A DNA stretch of 64,000 nt from Ranitomeya imitator (taxonomy: Eukaryota): assembly GCF_032444005.1 (NCBI RefSeq), contig NC_091284.1, positions 38,874,001 through 38,938,000 on the forward strand. Direction: 5' to 3'. This document shows, one piece after another, positions 47,332-61,800 of this stretch. The first letter of the stretch is position 1. The number at the start of each line of letters is the position of its first letter. The notes beneath the pieces are model-generated. The model was not told the origin of the DNA and searched no databases. It was given only the letters and a program-made list of their open reading frames with translations. Made by a program: the position numbers and the translations under genes.

Positions 47332-48200
47332 CAGCACACTCTAGCCAATCACTGAGCTCAGCAGCACATTCTAGGCAGTCACTGAGCTCAGCAGCACACT
47401 CTAGCCAGTCACTGAGCTCAGCAGCACACTCGCCAGTCACTGAGCTCAGCAGCACACTCGCCAGTCATTGAGCTCAGCAGCACACTAGCCAGTCACTGAG
47501 CTCAGCAGCACACTAGCTAGTCACTGAGCTCAGCAGCGCACTCTAGCCAGTCACTGAGCTCAGCAGCGCACTCTATGCAGTCACTGAGCTCAGCAGCGCA
47601 CTCTATGCAGTCACTCAGCTCAGCAGCGCACTCTATGCAGTCACTCAGCTCAGCAGCGCACTCTATGCAGTCACTGAGCTCAGCAGCACACTCTAGCCAA
47701 TCACGGAGCTCAGCAGCACACTCTAGCCAATCACGGAGCTCAGCAGCACACTCTAGCCAATCACGGAGCTCAGCAGCACACTCTAGCCAATCACTGAGCT
47801 CAGCAGCACACTCTAGCCAATCACTGAGCTCAGCAGCACACTCTAGCCAATCACTGAGCTCAGCAGCACACTCTAGCCAGTCACTGAGCTCAGCAGCACA
47901 CTCTAGCCAGTCACTGAGCTCAGCAGCACACTCTAGCCAGTCACTGAGCTCAGCAGCACACTCTAGCCAGTGACTGAGCTCAGCAGCACACTCTAGCCAG
48001 TGACTGAGCTCAGCAGCACACTCTAGCCAGTCACTGAGCTCAGCAGCACACTCTAGGCAGTCACTGAGCTCAGCAGCACACTCTAGGCAGTCACTGAGCT
48101 CAGCAGGACACTCTAGCCAATCACTGAGCTCCGCAGCGCACTCTAGCCAATCACTGAGCTCAGCAGCACATTATAGGCAGTCACTGAGCTCCGCAGCGCA
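47332..48200. repeat. 30-bp minisatellite (cactgagctcagcagcacactctagccagt), ~29 units
   Basis: Direct repetition. Each unit contains the palindrome CTGAGCTCAG. Confidence 0.95.
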
Positions 48201-49357
48201 TACTGTCAACCTCATCACAGCCGCTGAGCTCAGTGATTGGCTACAGTGTGCTGTTGACGTGATGTCACCACTGCAGCCAAAACTCCCAAGATCGGGGCAG
48301 CAGCAGGCAACCGGGGTTGGACCTAGGAAGGGTAAATGCCAGCTGAGTTTATTTTAAGTATTCTACAAAGTTTGGGGCCCTTTTTCCTAAAAGTGGACAA
48401 CCCCTTAAGGACTGTGCAACAAATACACAGTGGGCTTACCCTGCTAGCTGAATTACGGTATATAGGATAAAGGTTTTACAGACCGGTCTGTATAAGGGTG
48501 GAGTCGTGAACGCATGGACCTGATGATGGAAAAACAGAATGATTGATGAGAATTATAGACTTTACAGCTCGTCGTCTTATCTCCATTATCTCTCTGGTGG
48601 CAGAAGATAATCTGTGATGGAAAAATTGCTCAGTGGAAGAATTTCGTCAGATATTACTTCTGACTGCTGGAGTAAGGGGTCCGTGTGAGTGACCCCGGCC
48701 TGGTACACGTGTGGCGGTATTACACACAGAGGATGTGTCCTATATGAACAGTTTCGTCGATCACCGAAAACTCTCAAAGCCAGGTAACCAGAAACCCACC
48801 AGACAGAAGTGGTGAGACCCTCAGGTTTACAGTAGGCCACAAGGGTCAGATTTTTGGGTTAAATCCATCAGCTACATAGTTGGATTGGGATTTGTAAAAA
48901 CTCTTAACACAGAGACTCACAGCCTCAGTTTATTTTAATATGTGAAGGTTCTGGCGGTAAGTGTTACATTTCCCTGCAGCACCCCAACAGGAGAAGTGGA
49001 GTATTACACAATGTCCATTCATTTCAAAAAGGTATTCTGGGTCCTCCGGAGAGAGAACGAGACACTCTTTTTGTATCCTCTCTATTCCCTGAGCAACATG
49101 TACGTATAAAAATGAGTTTTTCGAACTCATCGACTGTCACATTTGACCTACAGCTACTCATTCTGGCCCTATACTTATGCATGATCAGTTTGGTCAAGGG
49201 TGCATGTGTTTTTAATTGTGTGGGATTAATCAACTGCCAACCACCTCCGCTGATGGACCTGGTTTATTAATTTCACATGACGTCTGTCAGGGGAGAATTT
49301 GGAGGTGGCAATAGATGTCAGTCCTACTGAAGATAAAGAGTTTTGCTGTGTTTTTAA

Positions 49358-49776
49358 TGGGAATCTGTCACTGTCAAGTTGTTTGCTACTCTTTCTGAGA
49401 AAAGCACAATGTAGGGGCAAAGACCCTGATTGCAATGATGTGTCACTTACTAGGCTGCTTGCTGCACTTTTGATAAAAAATCACTTTTATTTGCTGCAGA
49501 TCTAGCAGTTCTTTAATGCTGAGCTCTGTATAACCCCACCCACACGGCTGATTGGAGTATAGGCAGAAAGCTTCCAATCAGTGGTGGGGGCGTGGCTGGA
49601 CTACCAGGGTGCAGGATTACTAGTCCTCTAGTGATAATCTCCTGGTGATAAATCAGTGATTTCATCAAAACTACAGCAAGCAGCCCAATAAGTGACACAT
49701 CCCTGGAATCAAGTTCTCCGTCTCTGCATTATGCTGCTCTCAGAATGTCTGGCAAAAACCCGCTAACAGATTCCCT
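49358..49776. mobile_element. T2-type MITE
   Basis: TTAA|(T)GGGAATCTGTCA start and TAACAGATTCCCT|TTAT end, with inverted internal arms (gtgtcactta / taagtgacac). Confidence 0.7.
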
Positions 49777-52700
49777 TTATTGTGCATTAGCACCTTACAG
49801 TTTCCCATAGATAGGGGATGATCCACAGATGGACAACTGGCTTTACTGAAATCACCTTTTCTCTAGTGTGTATGAGCCTTTAGGCTTGCAGTGGCCTCAG
49901 TTTATATAAATGATCTAATTTCAAAATTTAAATGTGGCTGCCCCATTGAAAGAAAATATACATGCTCACCGGAACCGATCATACATGATTATGGTCTAGT
50001 TTCTGAGAACGATGTTGGCCTTATTGCTGGGCAGATCGTTATGTAAAGTGTGTAGATTTAAAGAAGCATTCCCGTCCGGTCCTCCGAGAAGCTCGCACGG
50101 CTGCCAGCTGTGTGTGAACCCGCTCTTTGTTGCTGGGCACGACGCTGCGCCAGGGAACAGCTGACGGCGGCTGCCCGGTATATATTGCAAGCGTTTGACA
50201 TCTCCGAGGATATATATCTCATGACATATGCACCGTAAAGAAGCGATCACTGATTTTGGCCGTTGCACAAGAACATGAATTGGTTCAAATTAGAAGAAAA
50301 CGCTTTTACTACGCGCTATTAAATCGCTGGGTGAAACTTTGGCAAGCGACAAGAGCGAGGTTAGTCATCCGTGATAGATGTATGAGATCAGATGGTGGTA
50401 ACGGGTAAACGGCCGTAATCTCCTAAAATAAGACAGAAATAAAAGAAGAAAAACTTGGCTAATCAAAAGTAAGGTTGGAAAGATGAAATAAAACAGCGCC
50501 ACTCTTCTCTGTGGGCCGTTTCTGGTATTACAGCTCAGTGCTGTTCACTTAGGACTGATTGTGCTTGATAGGAAAGCATAAATATGCCAAGTCACTTGTC
50601 ACAGCCCTTCCCCCACTTCACTTGGCAGCTCATACAAAGTCTATTACTCCAGATGTGACTTTTAGTGGCCATACTGAAGTTTTTTTGTCTTCTGGATTCC
50701 ATTAAAATAAATAAATAAAAATTAAATTACTGATAAGGAGAAATGAAGTCTCAAAATCCCCATTTTTTTATTGTGGTGTTACTGAGCATGTGCGACCACT
50801 GATCCATTCACTGTGTAGAGGAGTTGTGGTCGCACATGCTCACGACTGCGTCATCCACACCTGTTTTCCGGATCTTTGGCGGTCTCGGCATTCTGACACC
50901 CTCCCCAGTGATCATACATTTAGCATCTAGATTGAACAGGTGATAAATGTTTATTGAAGTTGATGCCTTGGAAGGGGGGGAAAATGAGATGGCGTAAAGT
51001 TTTTGATGGTCTTACGACTTGGTCACAGCATCTCCAAAATGGCAGGACCTTGTGGTTAGTACCTCTCAAGTGATTTGAAGGAAGGCCACCTGGAGAACAG
51101 ATTCTTGGCTGCCCCAAGGTTCTTTGAGTCCATAAAAAATCTTCTGTAGCACAAATTGCTGAAGAAGTCATAGCTGTCTTTGATATAAATGGCTGACAAG
51201 TAATACCACGTTTCTCCAGCAGTGGCCACTACATGAGAAATTCACGGCTGCTCACAGCTTTCCCGGCGATCACAGATGATCGGTGGAGGATTCACGCATT
51301 AACTTTTAGATTGGCAGGGAGCCATATTGGGGCAGCGATGATTTTCATGACGTGCTACCTTTCCGCCTACTGGTGAGTGTCTAGCCTGGCATCCTACCCA
51401 ACCTACAGATGTTCAGTGGCAGGACACTTGGAGAACAATAGTCCATCTGTTTAGGAAAATGTAAAAAAAAAAGAACAATGCGGTTATTATTTCTTAATTG
51501 TAGCGGAGTTAGCTAAAGCAGAGATCAAAGACCACGATGCAACCTGCAGATCTGAGTGTCCCTGGTTGACTTCACCAGGGTAATGTACGGTAATTGTCCT
51601 CGGCCCGGTGACTGGATGTGACTTCTCAATCGGGAAGTTGGCCTCCAAGAAACCACAAGTAGAACGCGTCCTGGACACAAGTCTAAAAACTTACGGGACA
51701 TGGCCCTCAGATGTGACTTAAGATCATTACACCTTCTTGCGCATGTGTCACTTGCCACCACTTTTAGGACCTGCCCCAATCGGCAGAACGAGAGGGCAGT
51801 GGAGCAATACCTTAGTACCAGGCAGAGTGACGAGACCGCATCCGTAAAATAATAAGTGTAGTATGTAATGAGAAGAATGCTAAGAACACTGTAACATAAG
51901 ATTGCTTGCTGTCAAGTAGTGGAAATATTTTTGTGGATATTCAAGGGCTAAAATCCTGTCCTGAAGAAGTACAAAATGTTTGACGCATCTCTACAGCAAG
52001 TTGCACCAAGTATCATGCTTCACGCTTGCCATAACTAAATATTTCTCAAATTGTGAAGTAGTCTGACGTTAAATAGTGAGGTATTTAAAAAAATTCTAGC
52101 TGACCGTTTCCCCTACATCGACCACTACAGGAGACACGAAGTATTGCATGCTGCCACACAAATCTCCGGTTTGCATTTAGCACTCAAATCTGGAAATCTA
52201 GATCAAAGTTGGTTTTCTGAGAAGTTTGACCCTCTTTGTGTTGTTTGTATTCCCAAATAGATCATATGGATAGGGATTGTTTTGGGAAAGCAACCCCCTG
52301 TCGCCATTCACGTACACTTACAATACTAGAAGTTGGTCTGTAAATGTGGCCTGTGCGGTTGGTGCCGACTTAGAAGCTGAGTACCATATGCCTGTCACCT
52401 TTCTTTAAACTTTTTTTATCCAGGTAGTATAACCCTATAGATGCCATGGTCAATAACCACTGCGGCATTTGTTCGGTTAGTCAGAGAGGCGGTGCCCTCT
52501 CTTGCTCCATGAGATCTACTGTCATGTACGGTAATTTTAGTGTGCCTATGCATTTTCATGTCAACCAGGGTGCTAATTTCCCCCCCACTCAGATTTGATA
52601 GTTTTGTCTGCCTCCTTACACATTCAATAAAAGTTGGCCAAAGCCTGTGAGATCGACTGAACATCTATTATGTACAGTTGTGTGAAAAAGTATCTGCCCC

Positions 52701-53129
52701 TTAAAGATTTCCTATTCTTTTGCATGTTTGTCACACTTAAATATTTCAGATCACCAAACAAATTTAAATATTAGACAAAGATAACACAAGTAAACACAAA
52801 ATGCAGTTGTTAAATTAAGTTTTATTAAGGGTAAAAGAAATCCAAACCTACAGGGCCCTGTGTGAAAAAGTGATTATACCCTAACTGGCTGAGCCGCCCT
52901 TAGCAGCAACAACTGTAATTAAGCGTTTGCGATAACTGGCAATTAGTCTTATACATCGCTCTGGAGGAATTTTGACCCAGTCTTCCTTGCAATATTGTTG
53001 TAATTTAGCCGCACTGGAGGGTTTCTGAGCATGAACCGCCTTTTTTAACATCATGCCACAACATCTCAATAGGATTTAGGTCAGGACTTTGACTAGGCCA
53101 CTCCAAAGTCTTTGTTTTTCTTAAGCCAT

Positions 53130-53600
53130 TGTGACAGGGTCACTGGCACTGTATGTGAGGGGAGATATGTGTCACGGAGATTGCTTTCCTCCGTGATCTA
53201 TCTAGAAACCCATAAGTTTCTTTACAGCATGCTATGTGCTGAAGGAGTTAAGCAGCCATGTTATGGGCGGGTTTTTAGGTGAGTAGGTAAGAGATGGGCG
53301 GGACACCTACTCCCCATATCTCCACCTCAAGGGTGTGGCTGAGGAAATATCCAGCCATTTTTTTTCTCTGCCTGTGTTGTGTGGAGGCAAGGAAGCCTCC
53401 AGGCTGACGCTCCTGCGAGCGCTGCCCTATGTGTTGTCCCAGAAGTACTGGACAGGACTTTGTGTGAACTGTTTACTTTCTTTTGAGCAAGAAAGGCTGT
53501 TTTTCTATTACCATTTTGGTTTTGTGATGCAATAAACCACCTAGAAACTTGAACACCTGTGTATACCTCGAGGAGCAGCTAAGTGAGCTGACCTTCTACA
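53130..53600 (+). mobile_element. Solo LTR (471 bp) nested in Tc1
   Basis: TGTGA...CTACA termini. 4-bp TSD CCAT at 53126-53129 and 53601-53604. AATAAA near 53531. Tc1 sequence is continuous across the site. Confidence 0.88.
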
Positions 53601-53668
53601 CCATTCAGAGGTGAACTTGCTGGTGTGTTTTGGATCATTATTCTGCTGCTTAACCCAAGTGCGCTTCA

Positions 53669-53890
<222 letters not shown>

Positions 53891-54334
53891 TTATTGCGTC
53901 AGTCCAGAGTATTCTCCCAAATATCTTGGGGATCATCAAGATGTTTTCTGGCAAAACTGAGAAGAGCCTTTATGTTCTTACTGCTCAGCAGTGATTTTCA
54001 TCTTGGAACTCTGCCATGCAGACGACTTTTGCGTAGTCTCTTTCTTATGATGGAGTCAAGAACATTGAATTTAACTGAGGCAAGTGAGGCCTGCAGTTCT
54101 TTGGATGTTGTTGTTTGGTCTTTTATGACCTCTTTGATGAGTTGTTGCTTTGCTCTTGGGGTCATTTTGATCGGCCGGCCACTCTTGGGAGGGTTCACCA
54201 CTGTTCCTTGTTTTCGTAATTTGTGGATAATGGCTTTCACTCTGGTTCGCTTGAGTCCCAAAGCTTTAGAAATTGCTGTCTAGCTTTTGAGGATATTTTA
54301 GTCTACTTCACTTTGTAAGGCAGGTCCCAGTTAA

Positions 54335-54662
54335 AGGGACTCTGTCATCTGAATTTGGCGGGACTGGTTTTGGGTCATATGGGCGGAGTTTTCAGGTGTT
54401 TGATTCACCCTTTCCTTACCCGCTGGCTGCATGCTGGCTGCAATATTGGATTAAAGTTCATTCTCTGTCCTCCGTAGTACACGCCTGCGCAAAGCAATCT
54501 TGCCTTGCGCAGGCGTGTACTACGGAGGACAGAGAATGAACTTCAATCCAATATTGCAGCCAGCATGCAGCCAGCGGGTAAGGAAAGGGTGAATCAAACA
54601 CCTGAAAACTCCGCCCATATGACCCAAAACCAGTCCCGCCAAATTCAGGTGACAGGTTCCCT
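54335..54662. mobile_element. T2/Kolobok-type palindromic MITE nested in Tc1
   Basis: TTAA TSD at 54331-54334 and 54663-54666. Near-perfect full-length inverted repeat. Confidence 0.92.
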
Positions 54663-55011
54663 TTAAGTGATTCCTTGATTAAGAACAGGTGTGTCGGTAA
54701 TTAGCCTGGGCATGGCTAGGGAATTTGAACTCCGCTTCCCAAAGATGTAATAAACCGCAGTTAATTTTGTGCTTTAAGGTGGGGAGGGGGCAATCGCTTT
54801 TTCACACAGGGCCCAATAGATTTGGATCTAATTTTTCCTTGATAATAAAGACCTGTTATCTTTGTCTAATATTTACATTTGTTTGGTGATCTGAAACATT
54901 TAAGTGTGACAAACATGCAAAAGAATAGGAAATCAGGAAGGGGGCTAAAACTTTTCACACAACTGTATATTGATCTCAGGACAGAGAACAAAAGGATTGG
55001 TAGATTGGAAA

Positions 55012-55290
55012 TCAATGGCCCAAACCTTTTGTTTGGCTTGGAGATGATTCTGGCCACAGCTCTCTCATAGAGCGCAGAGGAACACTCGGCATCCCGAACA
55101 TCCCTATGTATGGAGGAGTTAGCAGTAGTTTCAGTACAGTGAAAAGAAGTTCACCATCATGTGCCATTATTACTGTAGCCAACTCCTGGCGGCATACCGG
55201 ACTACTGGATGCTAACGCTTTAGCCAAGAAGTCCCAGAACAAAGGAAAATCTCGACCTATAATAATAGCATGCAACAAGTCCTTGACCAT
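55012..55290 (-). mobile_element. Gypsy-type protease C-terminal fragment
   Basis: VKDLLHAIIIGRDFPLFWDFL resembles the conserved (I/L)LGRDF end of LTR-retrotransposon proteases. Confidence 0.45.
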
Positions 55291-55796
55291 TCGTCTTTCA
55301 TACTCACAAGAGGCCTCATCCCACCAGTCTTGGTATCCCCTTCAGCCCAAGATGCAGCATCTTCCAGTGCCAAACAGAAGTGTTCAACTACGGCCACAGT
55401 TTAAACTGAACAGGCTGCAGTTTCCACATGGGTCTCCAACACGCAGACTTCTCAGCTTTCCTAGCTGACCCGTGCAGCCTCCATTCAGAGAGAGAGACCC
55501 TGGCATGTCTCTCTCCCAGCTACAGCTCACATTTTGGCTTGACACTCGCCATCTTCAGCACACTTAGCTCTGCTTCATTCAGCAGACTGACACCTAGTGA
55601 ACACAGGCCAGGTTCTTAGTTATATCAAGTCAGATGCATCTAGTCAAGACCTGCAGTGCTAGGATTTAACTCAAGCCTACCTGGCTATGCTACATTGTAT
55701 AAACATGAAACACCTAAAATTAGGAGAAACTGTGAAAACACCACAAACCAACCCCCCAAAATGGACTTTTTAAATATATATATCTTTATAATATAA

Positions 55797-56916
55797 CTAG
55801 ATGGTGGCCCGATTCTAACGCATCGGGTATTCTAGAATATGCATGTCCACGTAGTATATTGCACAGCCCACGTAGTATATTGCCCAACCACATAGTATAT
55901 TGCCCAGCCACGTAGTATATGGCCCAGTGACGTAGTATACAGCCCAGAGCCACTTAGTATATTGCCCAGCGACGTAGTATGTTGCCCAGTGATGTAGTAT
56001 ACAGCACAGAGCCACGTAGTATATTGCACAGCGATGTAGTATATTGCCCAGTGACGTTTTATATTGTCCAGCCACGTAGTATACAGCACAGAGCCATGTA
56101 GTATATTGCACAGCGATGTAGTATGTTGCCCAGTGACGTAGTATATTGTCCAGCCACGTAGTATACAGCACAGAGCCATGTAGTATCGTATGTCACAGGT
56201 TAAAAAATAAACATACACTCACCTTCCGAAGGCCCCTTCTAGTCCTGTCGCCTGTGTACGGTGCACTGGCAGCTTCTGGTCCCAGGGTTGGTAGCGCAGG
56301 ACCCGTGATGACGTCGCGGTCACATGACCGTGACGTCATCGCAGGTCCTTCTCGTGCAGGCGCGCAGGACCTGTGATGAGGTCGCGGTCACATGACCGTG
56401 ACGTCATGGCAGGTCCTTGTCGCATACCATCCTTGCCACCGGAACCTGCCACTTGTATGGAGCGGTTACCGGAGCGTCGCGAGGAGCAGGAAAGGCCGCG
56501 GAAGGTGAGTATATAATGATTTTTTAAAATTATTTTTAACATTAGATCCTTTTACTATTGACGCTGCATAGGCAGCATCAATAGTAAAAACTTGGTCACA
56601 CAGGGTTAATAGCGGCGGTAACTGAGTGCATTACCCGCAGCATAACGCGGTCCGTTACCGCTGGCATTAACCCTGTGTGAGCAGTGACTGCGGGGAGTAT
56701 GGAGCGGGCGCCGGGCACTGACTGCAGGGGACTAGGGAGGGACTAATCGGACTGTGGCCGTCGCTGATTGGTCATGGCAGCCATGACAGGCAGCTGGCGA
56801 GACCAATCAGCGACTTGGATTCCATGACAGACAGAGGCCGCGACCAATGAATATCCGTGACAGAAAGAAGGACAGACAGAAAGACGGAAGTGACCCTTAG
56901 ACAATTATATAGTAGA
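55797..56916 (-). mobile_element. Complete non-autonomous Helitron (1120 bp) with internal ~22-bp minisatellite
   Basis: Minus strand begins TC (TCTACTATATAATT) and ends CTAG, inserted between A and T with no TSD. Subterminal hairpin CCCGAT-8nt-ATCGGG at 55808-55827. Tandem cacgtagtatattgcccagc at ~55846-56185. Confidence 0.88.
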
Positions 56917-58449
56917 TTTTCCCCTGGGTAGCCTTAACAGAGCACCACCTTCTACCTCTTGAGTGTCACCTATCGGTCCTGGCATTCCGCCGCGAGCACA
57001 TAAATCCTTCGCATTTCGTTACGCCACAGACTTGCACTATACAGTATTGTTTCCACAGCCCTTTTACATCTAGATCAATCACATGGCAGGTCGCTCGCTG
57101 CTAACCTTTCATAGCAGATATTGTTAACTTATGGAAACATTTCAAAAAATAGAGAAAGCTGGAACCGGTTCGGCTTGTTTCTGAGGATTAGACATGGATG
57201 CGTTGGCTGCGGCAGACCTGCGTGATTCATTTATAATCCGTCTTTAAAATCGGCTTCATAAAATAATATGATGCAATTTACTATGTCATTAAATAGATTA
57301 TCCGTAAGAATGTTCCATCACATATTCAATGTATATGTGTCTCCCGCATGTCTGAACTTTGTGTATGATGCAGCCTCCTACATGCTTGTTCCGTTTGTCG
57401 TCTTCTTTTCAAATCCAAAGAGCTGAAAGTCGATTTGAAAAAAAAAACTGCAATTCTGTATTCTATTCTGTAATTCTATTATTTTTAAGCTTAATTTTTC
57501 TGATACAGAGCTCCATATCACCTGTAAAAATGTGACGTTAAACTTTGTATTCTCTGTCTTGTAATGAGATGGCACATATCTAGCATATTTTTACAATACA
57601 TACTGCATAAATACCTTAGCCCAATTTAGACCTGATGTGGCTGGTGAACTTACTTTGAAAATCCCATGCCCCTTTTGAACTGCATAGGTGACACAGGTGA
57701 TGTAGTGGTTCATACTTCACATCTATTCATCACAGTAACACTATTAACCATTGTACTAAATGTATGTAAGTGTAGTGTGTTTGCGAGTGTTTATATATGT
57801 GTCTGTGTGTTTGTGTTATACACTTGCTCATTTTCTTTGTGAGAAAAGGCAAATTGGACATCATGTCACACAGAACCCAAAAAATGGTCCGGACAAAATT
57901 GTTGACACCTTTCCAAAATTGTGGGTAAACAGCTTTGTTTCAAGCATGTGATGCTCTTTCTAACACGCATGTGGCGAGTAACAGGTGTGAGCAATATGAA
58001 AATCGCACCTGAAGCCAAATTAAAAGGGGAGAAGTTGACTCAATCTTTGTATTGTGTGTCTGTGCGTGCCAGGCTAAGCATGGAGATGGGAAAGAGAAGA
58101 ACTGTCTTGAGAACAAAAAATGTTGAAAATAGCAACAATCTCAAGATTACAAGTCCATCTCCCGAAATCTTTTTCTTTTGTCCATATTATTTTGAAGGCG
58201 ATATAGGCACGTGTCAATTGGATTTCTCAAATTCGTCCCAATGTGTTGTTTTTACTTTTATAAGTTTAGGATTGTGATGGATTTACATAATTGATGATCC
58301 AGTAGCTTGGGCTCTATATGTGCCATTTTACCGTGTATGTCGGCTTGTTTATAGACTCATAACAGTCAGAACGTCGCTGTTTTTATTTGATGTAATAAAA
58401 AAGAATCATTTTATATTTATCCATTTGGAATGTTGTGGTCTCCATTTAA

Positions 58450-58848
58450 AGAGTAACCATAGTTTATCATTTTTTTGTGTAATTCAAGGCTACATGTGAA
58501 AATTAGAAACTTCGTAAACTATCTTATCGGATATATATATGCTCCTTTCTCCTCCTGGGCTGATCTTTTACTCAATTCATTGGTAAAAACAGACAACTCA
58601 GCACTGATGCACTGCAGAGCCGGCTGTCAGTCATTTTAGGGGGCGTGGTTACAGCCACCACTCACTATCTACTGATTGGTGTCTGAAGCCCCACCTCCAT
58701 GACTGAAAGCTGGATGCTGCCTAGAGGAATAAAGTTAATTTCCTCCCGTTAGCTGGGCTTTCAATGCGGCTGCTTCGGAACACTATTAACCTGTCGATTA
58801 ACCCCATATCTGAAGGTTAGCAGTGTTTTTTGACATTCCAGGCTCCCT
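58450..58848. mobile_element. Degenerate T2-type MITE
   Basis: TTAA|AGAG start and CCCT|TTAA end. Confidence 0.5.
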
Positions 58849-61800
58849 TTAAGACTCCTGGGAAAATTGTTCTAATGACTAGAATTGTGCTTTACAAAAG
58901 CTGCCCTCCTATTATTTTGCGGTTTTTAGGACTTTTGCTGGTAATATTCTTAGAAAGTTTTCTGTTTTGAATTTTCTAAATTAAGAAACGAGAGATTTTA
59001 CGCCCAATTACCGTAAGTTAATGGCTTTTTGGACAGCAGAGGTTACTTTTTCCATATAATACATGTATATAGATGGATATAGCAACTTGCCAATTTTCCT
59101 ACATGTAGTTTGGAGCCATGGGAAATGAGCCCCCATGATATCATTCCCCCCCCCCCCCCCCCCCCAGAAACATGTGTCTCTTATTAGTCTGGGTGCTGTA
59201 ACTCTGCACAGAATTATGGACTTTAATAGATCCGAGGAAATGGTTTTTATTGTAGTTGCTGGAAAAACAGAAATATTTTTGCAGTTATTTTCCCATTGCG
59301 GCTGCTGAAGAGCGGCTCTTACATCTCCGAGTGTTTTCACTGAATGTTTTGGATTTTATACTTTTACCCATGTGCTGATCTACAGAAAATTAGACACGGA
59401 GACAAAAAGAAATTCACCAAAAAAGGATCATTATGTGCATACTGAGCGCTCTCCAGGATGTAACCTGAAAGGTAATCTTCAAGACTCGGATACTTTTGGC
59501 CGATCCTGAAAAAGGGCCATCAATATCTGGATCCGTGGGGTCCAGTACCCATCACCACCACTGATTGGATGTTGGTGGGTCCCTTGGCCTCGGGACCTGA
59601 ACTGTTTTAGGAGCTGAGACACCATGGCCCTGTAGACTGAGTAGTGTTTGTTCTCGGGTATTTCAGCTTGGTGCCTATTGAAGTGAATAGGAGCTAAGTT
59701 GCAGAACCTGAGAATGGTCACTGCGCAGGGAGCGGAGCTGTGCTGTTCTTGCTCCTAACGCAGTTTAATTTCCATCCATCACGGGACCTGTAAACAGCTG
59801 ATTTGTTGGGGGGCAATGGGTGTCAGATCCACCCAATCCTTGACATTGATGACCTAAGTCAGAAAAGTCTAAAATAAGGTGAACCCCATCTCTGTGACCT
59901 TCTAATAGGAGGTGAAATTTCAATGGAAACCTGAAAGTACCTGTTCCATTTCCCTGCAGCACCCCCAGAGGGGAAATGAAGTATAAGTATCGTATCTAAG
60001 TATAGTATCCATGGACTATTCGTATCCATGGACCGTCTTTGTACAGGACTGGGCCTCCAGAGAGGACCGTCTTTGTACAGGACTGGGCCTCCAGAGAGGG
60101 AGATATTGATTTCTGCTAACCATTGGGGGAAAAAAAGCTGAGTATATACTGATCTGACTTGTGGGGGTCTAGTGGGTCCAGAGAGTGGGGTTCTCTTAGT
60201 CCTTAAACATGGCTAAGAGAAGGCTGTTCATCCATGGTTGGAGCTTCTAGAACGAGCGAGTGACTTTCCATAACCTCCACTCAATAGTGTGAGGACTAGG
60301 TGTGACGCATGGTGCTCTCGTGATCGGCGAGGGTCCCTCAGGCCCACAGATGAGTGACCTATGACCCTTAATACACTTTAAAACAAGGCATTGGAATGTT
60401 TTCTTCCAACCAAAGTGTCTTTTCCGTCAGCATCTTCCTGTGTTTTGAGTGAGTTTTTTTCCCAATAGGTCAAAGACCTACGATTGCCTTCATCTGAATT
60501 GGCCTTGACGTTTGTTTGCCTCCGGTCGGAAAATTCCAAAGAGTTCACGTCTCCGATAGTAAATGTTCTAGGAAACCTTATAAGGTTTACAACGCAATAT
60601 AAGCTTGTGATGATGGAAATGTGAAAGTGGTAATATCGATCGCATGACCGGCACTGGGAATGGGAGATGTTGGTGTGTGGCCAGTATGGAGCCAACACAA
60701 CCAGTATGATATGTGTCATGACGAGATTGACCCTAGTGTGAGTCTTATCGACCAGAGGACGGTGGATAAATGCCCTGTAAGACTGAGCCATGTAAATAGA
60801 GCCGGTTGTTAACGGTCGGTGCAGTCAGAAGGTGTTGCGTCTATCGGTAGCGCGTCATCAAAAATCTGATCTGCTGATTATCTACTTTTTATGTTGGGGC
60901 ATACTTCCATTTGATTTCTCCTAGGCCATGGACTACAAGTGAGCAGTGTATATTCTATATACTGTATACACCAACAAACCACAGACGCTAATCATTTCGG
61001 CTGGAACTAACCTGCATGACCGAAATAAAACTTGCTGTAATTGGCCATTACGCTGCTGTTTAATTGTCAGTTCATAGAAATTTCATGCCTGGAAGGGAAA
61101 CCGGTGTTTGCTTTTATATAATCACTAAGGAAACTGAACCTACACATAAAACCCCGCAATTATCCTATTCAAAGGGGGATGGACCTGGAATTACGTAGCC
61201 TTACGTAAGTGGAGATAATTTTATATCTGTCCAGTGAGATCCGTGTAAAATCACTTTTTGGTGCATATTCGTCTATTCCTTCCGATCTCCCTTGTGCACA
61301 CTTTTGGCTGAACATGAATATGTTCAATGGGGAGAGGAGAGTAAACTGGGACAAACCCATACACCGTAGGATAGTCCGCCATGGGCTTGTTGACTCGCCA
61401 TGCTTCCAATGGGTGTGAGCTACTTCAGCTGGATCTGCTGATAAATATCCATTATCTAACTTAACGCTAGCTGAAGATTTAAAGGGACGATCAATGATCA
61501 CGAGAATCTGATAGCTGGGCCCCCCACCAATTACAAGTGGGTCTTGTGTGAACGGAGCGGTGCTTCACATGCGTGGCTTCATTCTTGGAGGCAGTAGTTA
61601 CGCATGTGTCCTACCGGTCCATTCACACTAGACTCTTGGACCTTTGTGTTCAGGGTCCGCAGGATTTTAGGGAGAAACCAGGCCAATGTACAAAAAAGAT
61701 TCAGTATAAATCCCAACTACTATGCTTAAGGCCGCCCGCTGGAGGGCTATGTAATGATTGACCGCCATCTATGCGCAAGAAAGGCTGTCAGTCCCTAAAT

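Larger units (their letters stand above)
47106..48405. mobile_element. T2-type MITE inflated by an internal 30-bp tandem array; spans the assembly gap
   Basis: Terminal ggggttgtccactt / aagtggacaacccc. Inner inverted arms at 47303-47362 and 48223-48282. Confidence 0.7.

Noticed and set aside
47121-47455. ORFs containing X runs
   Set aside because: They span the N gap and the 30-bp repeat.
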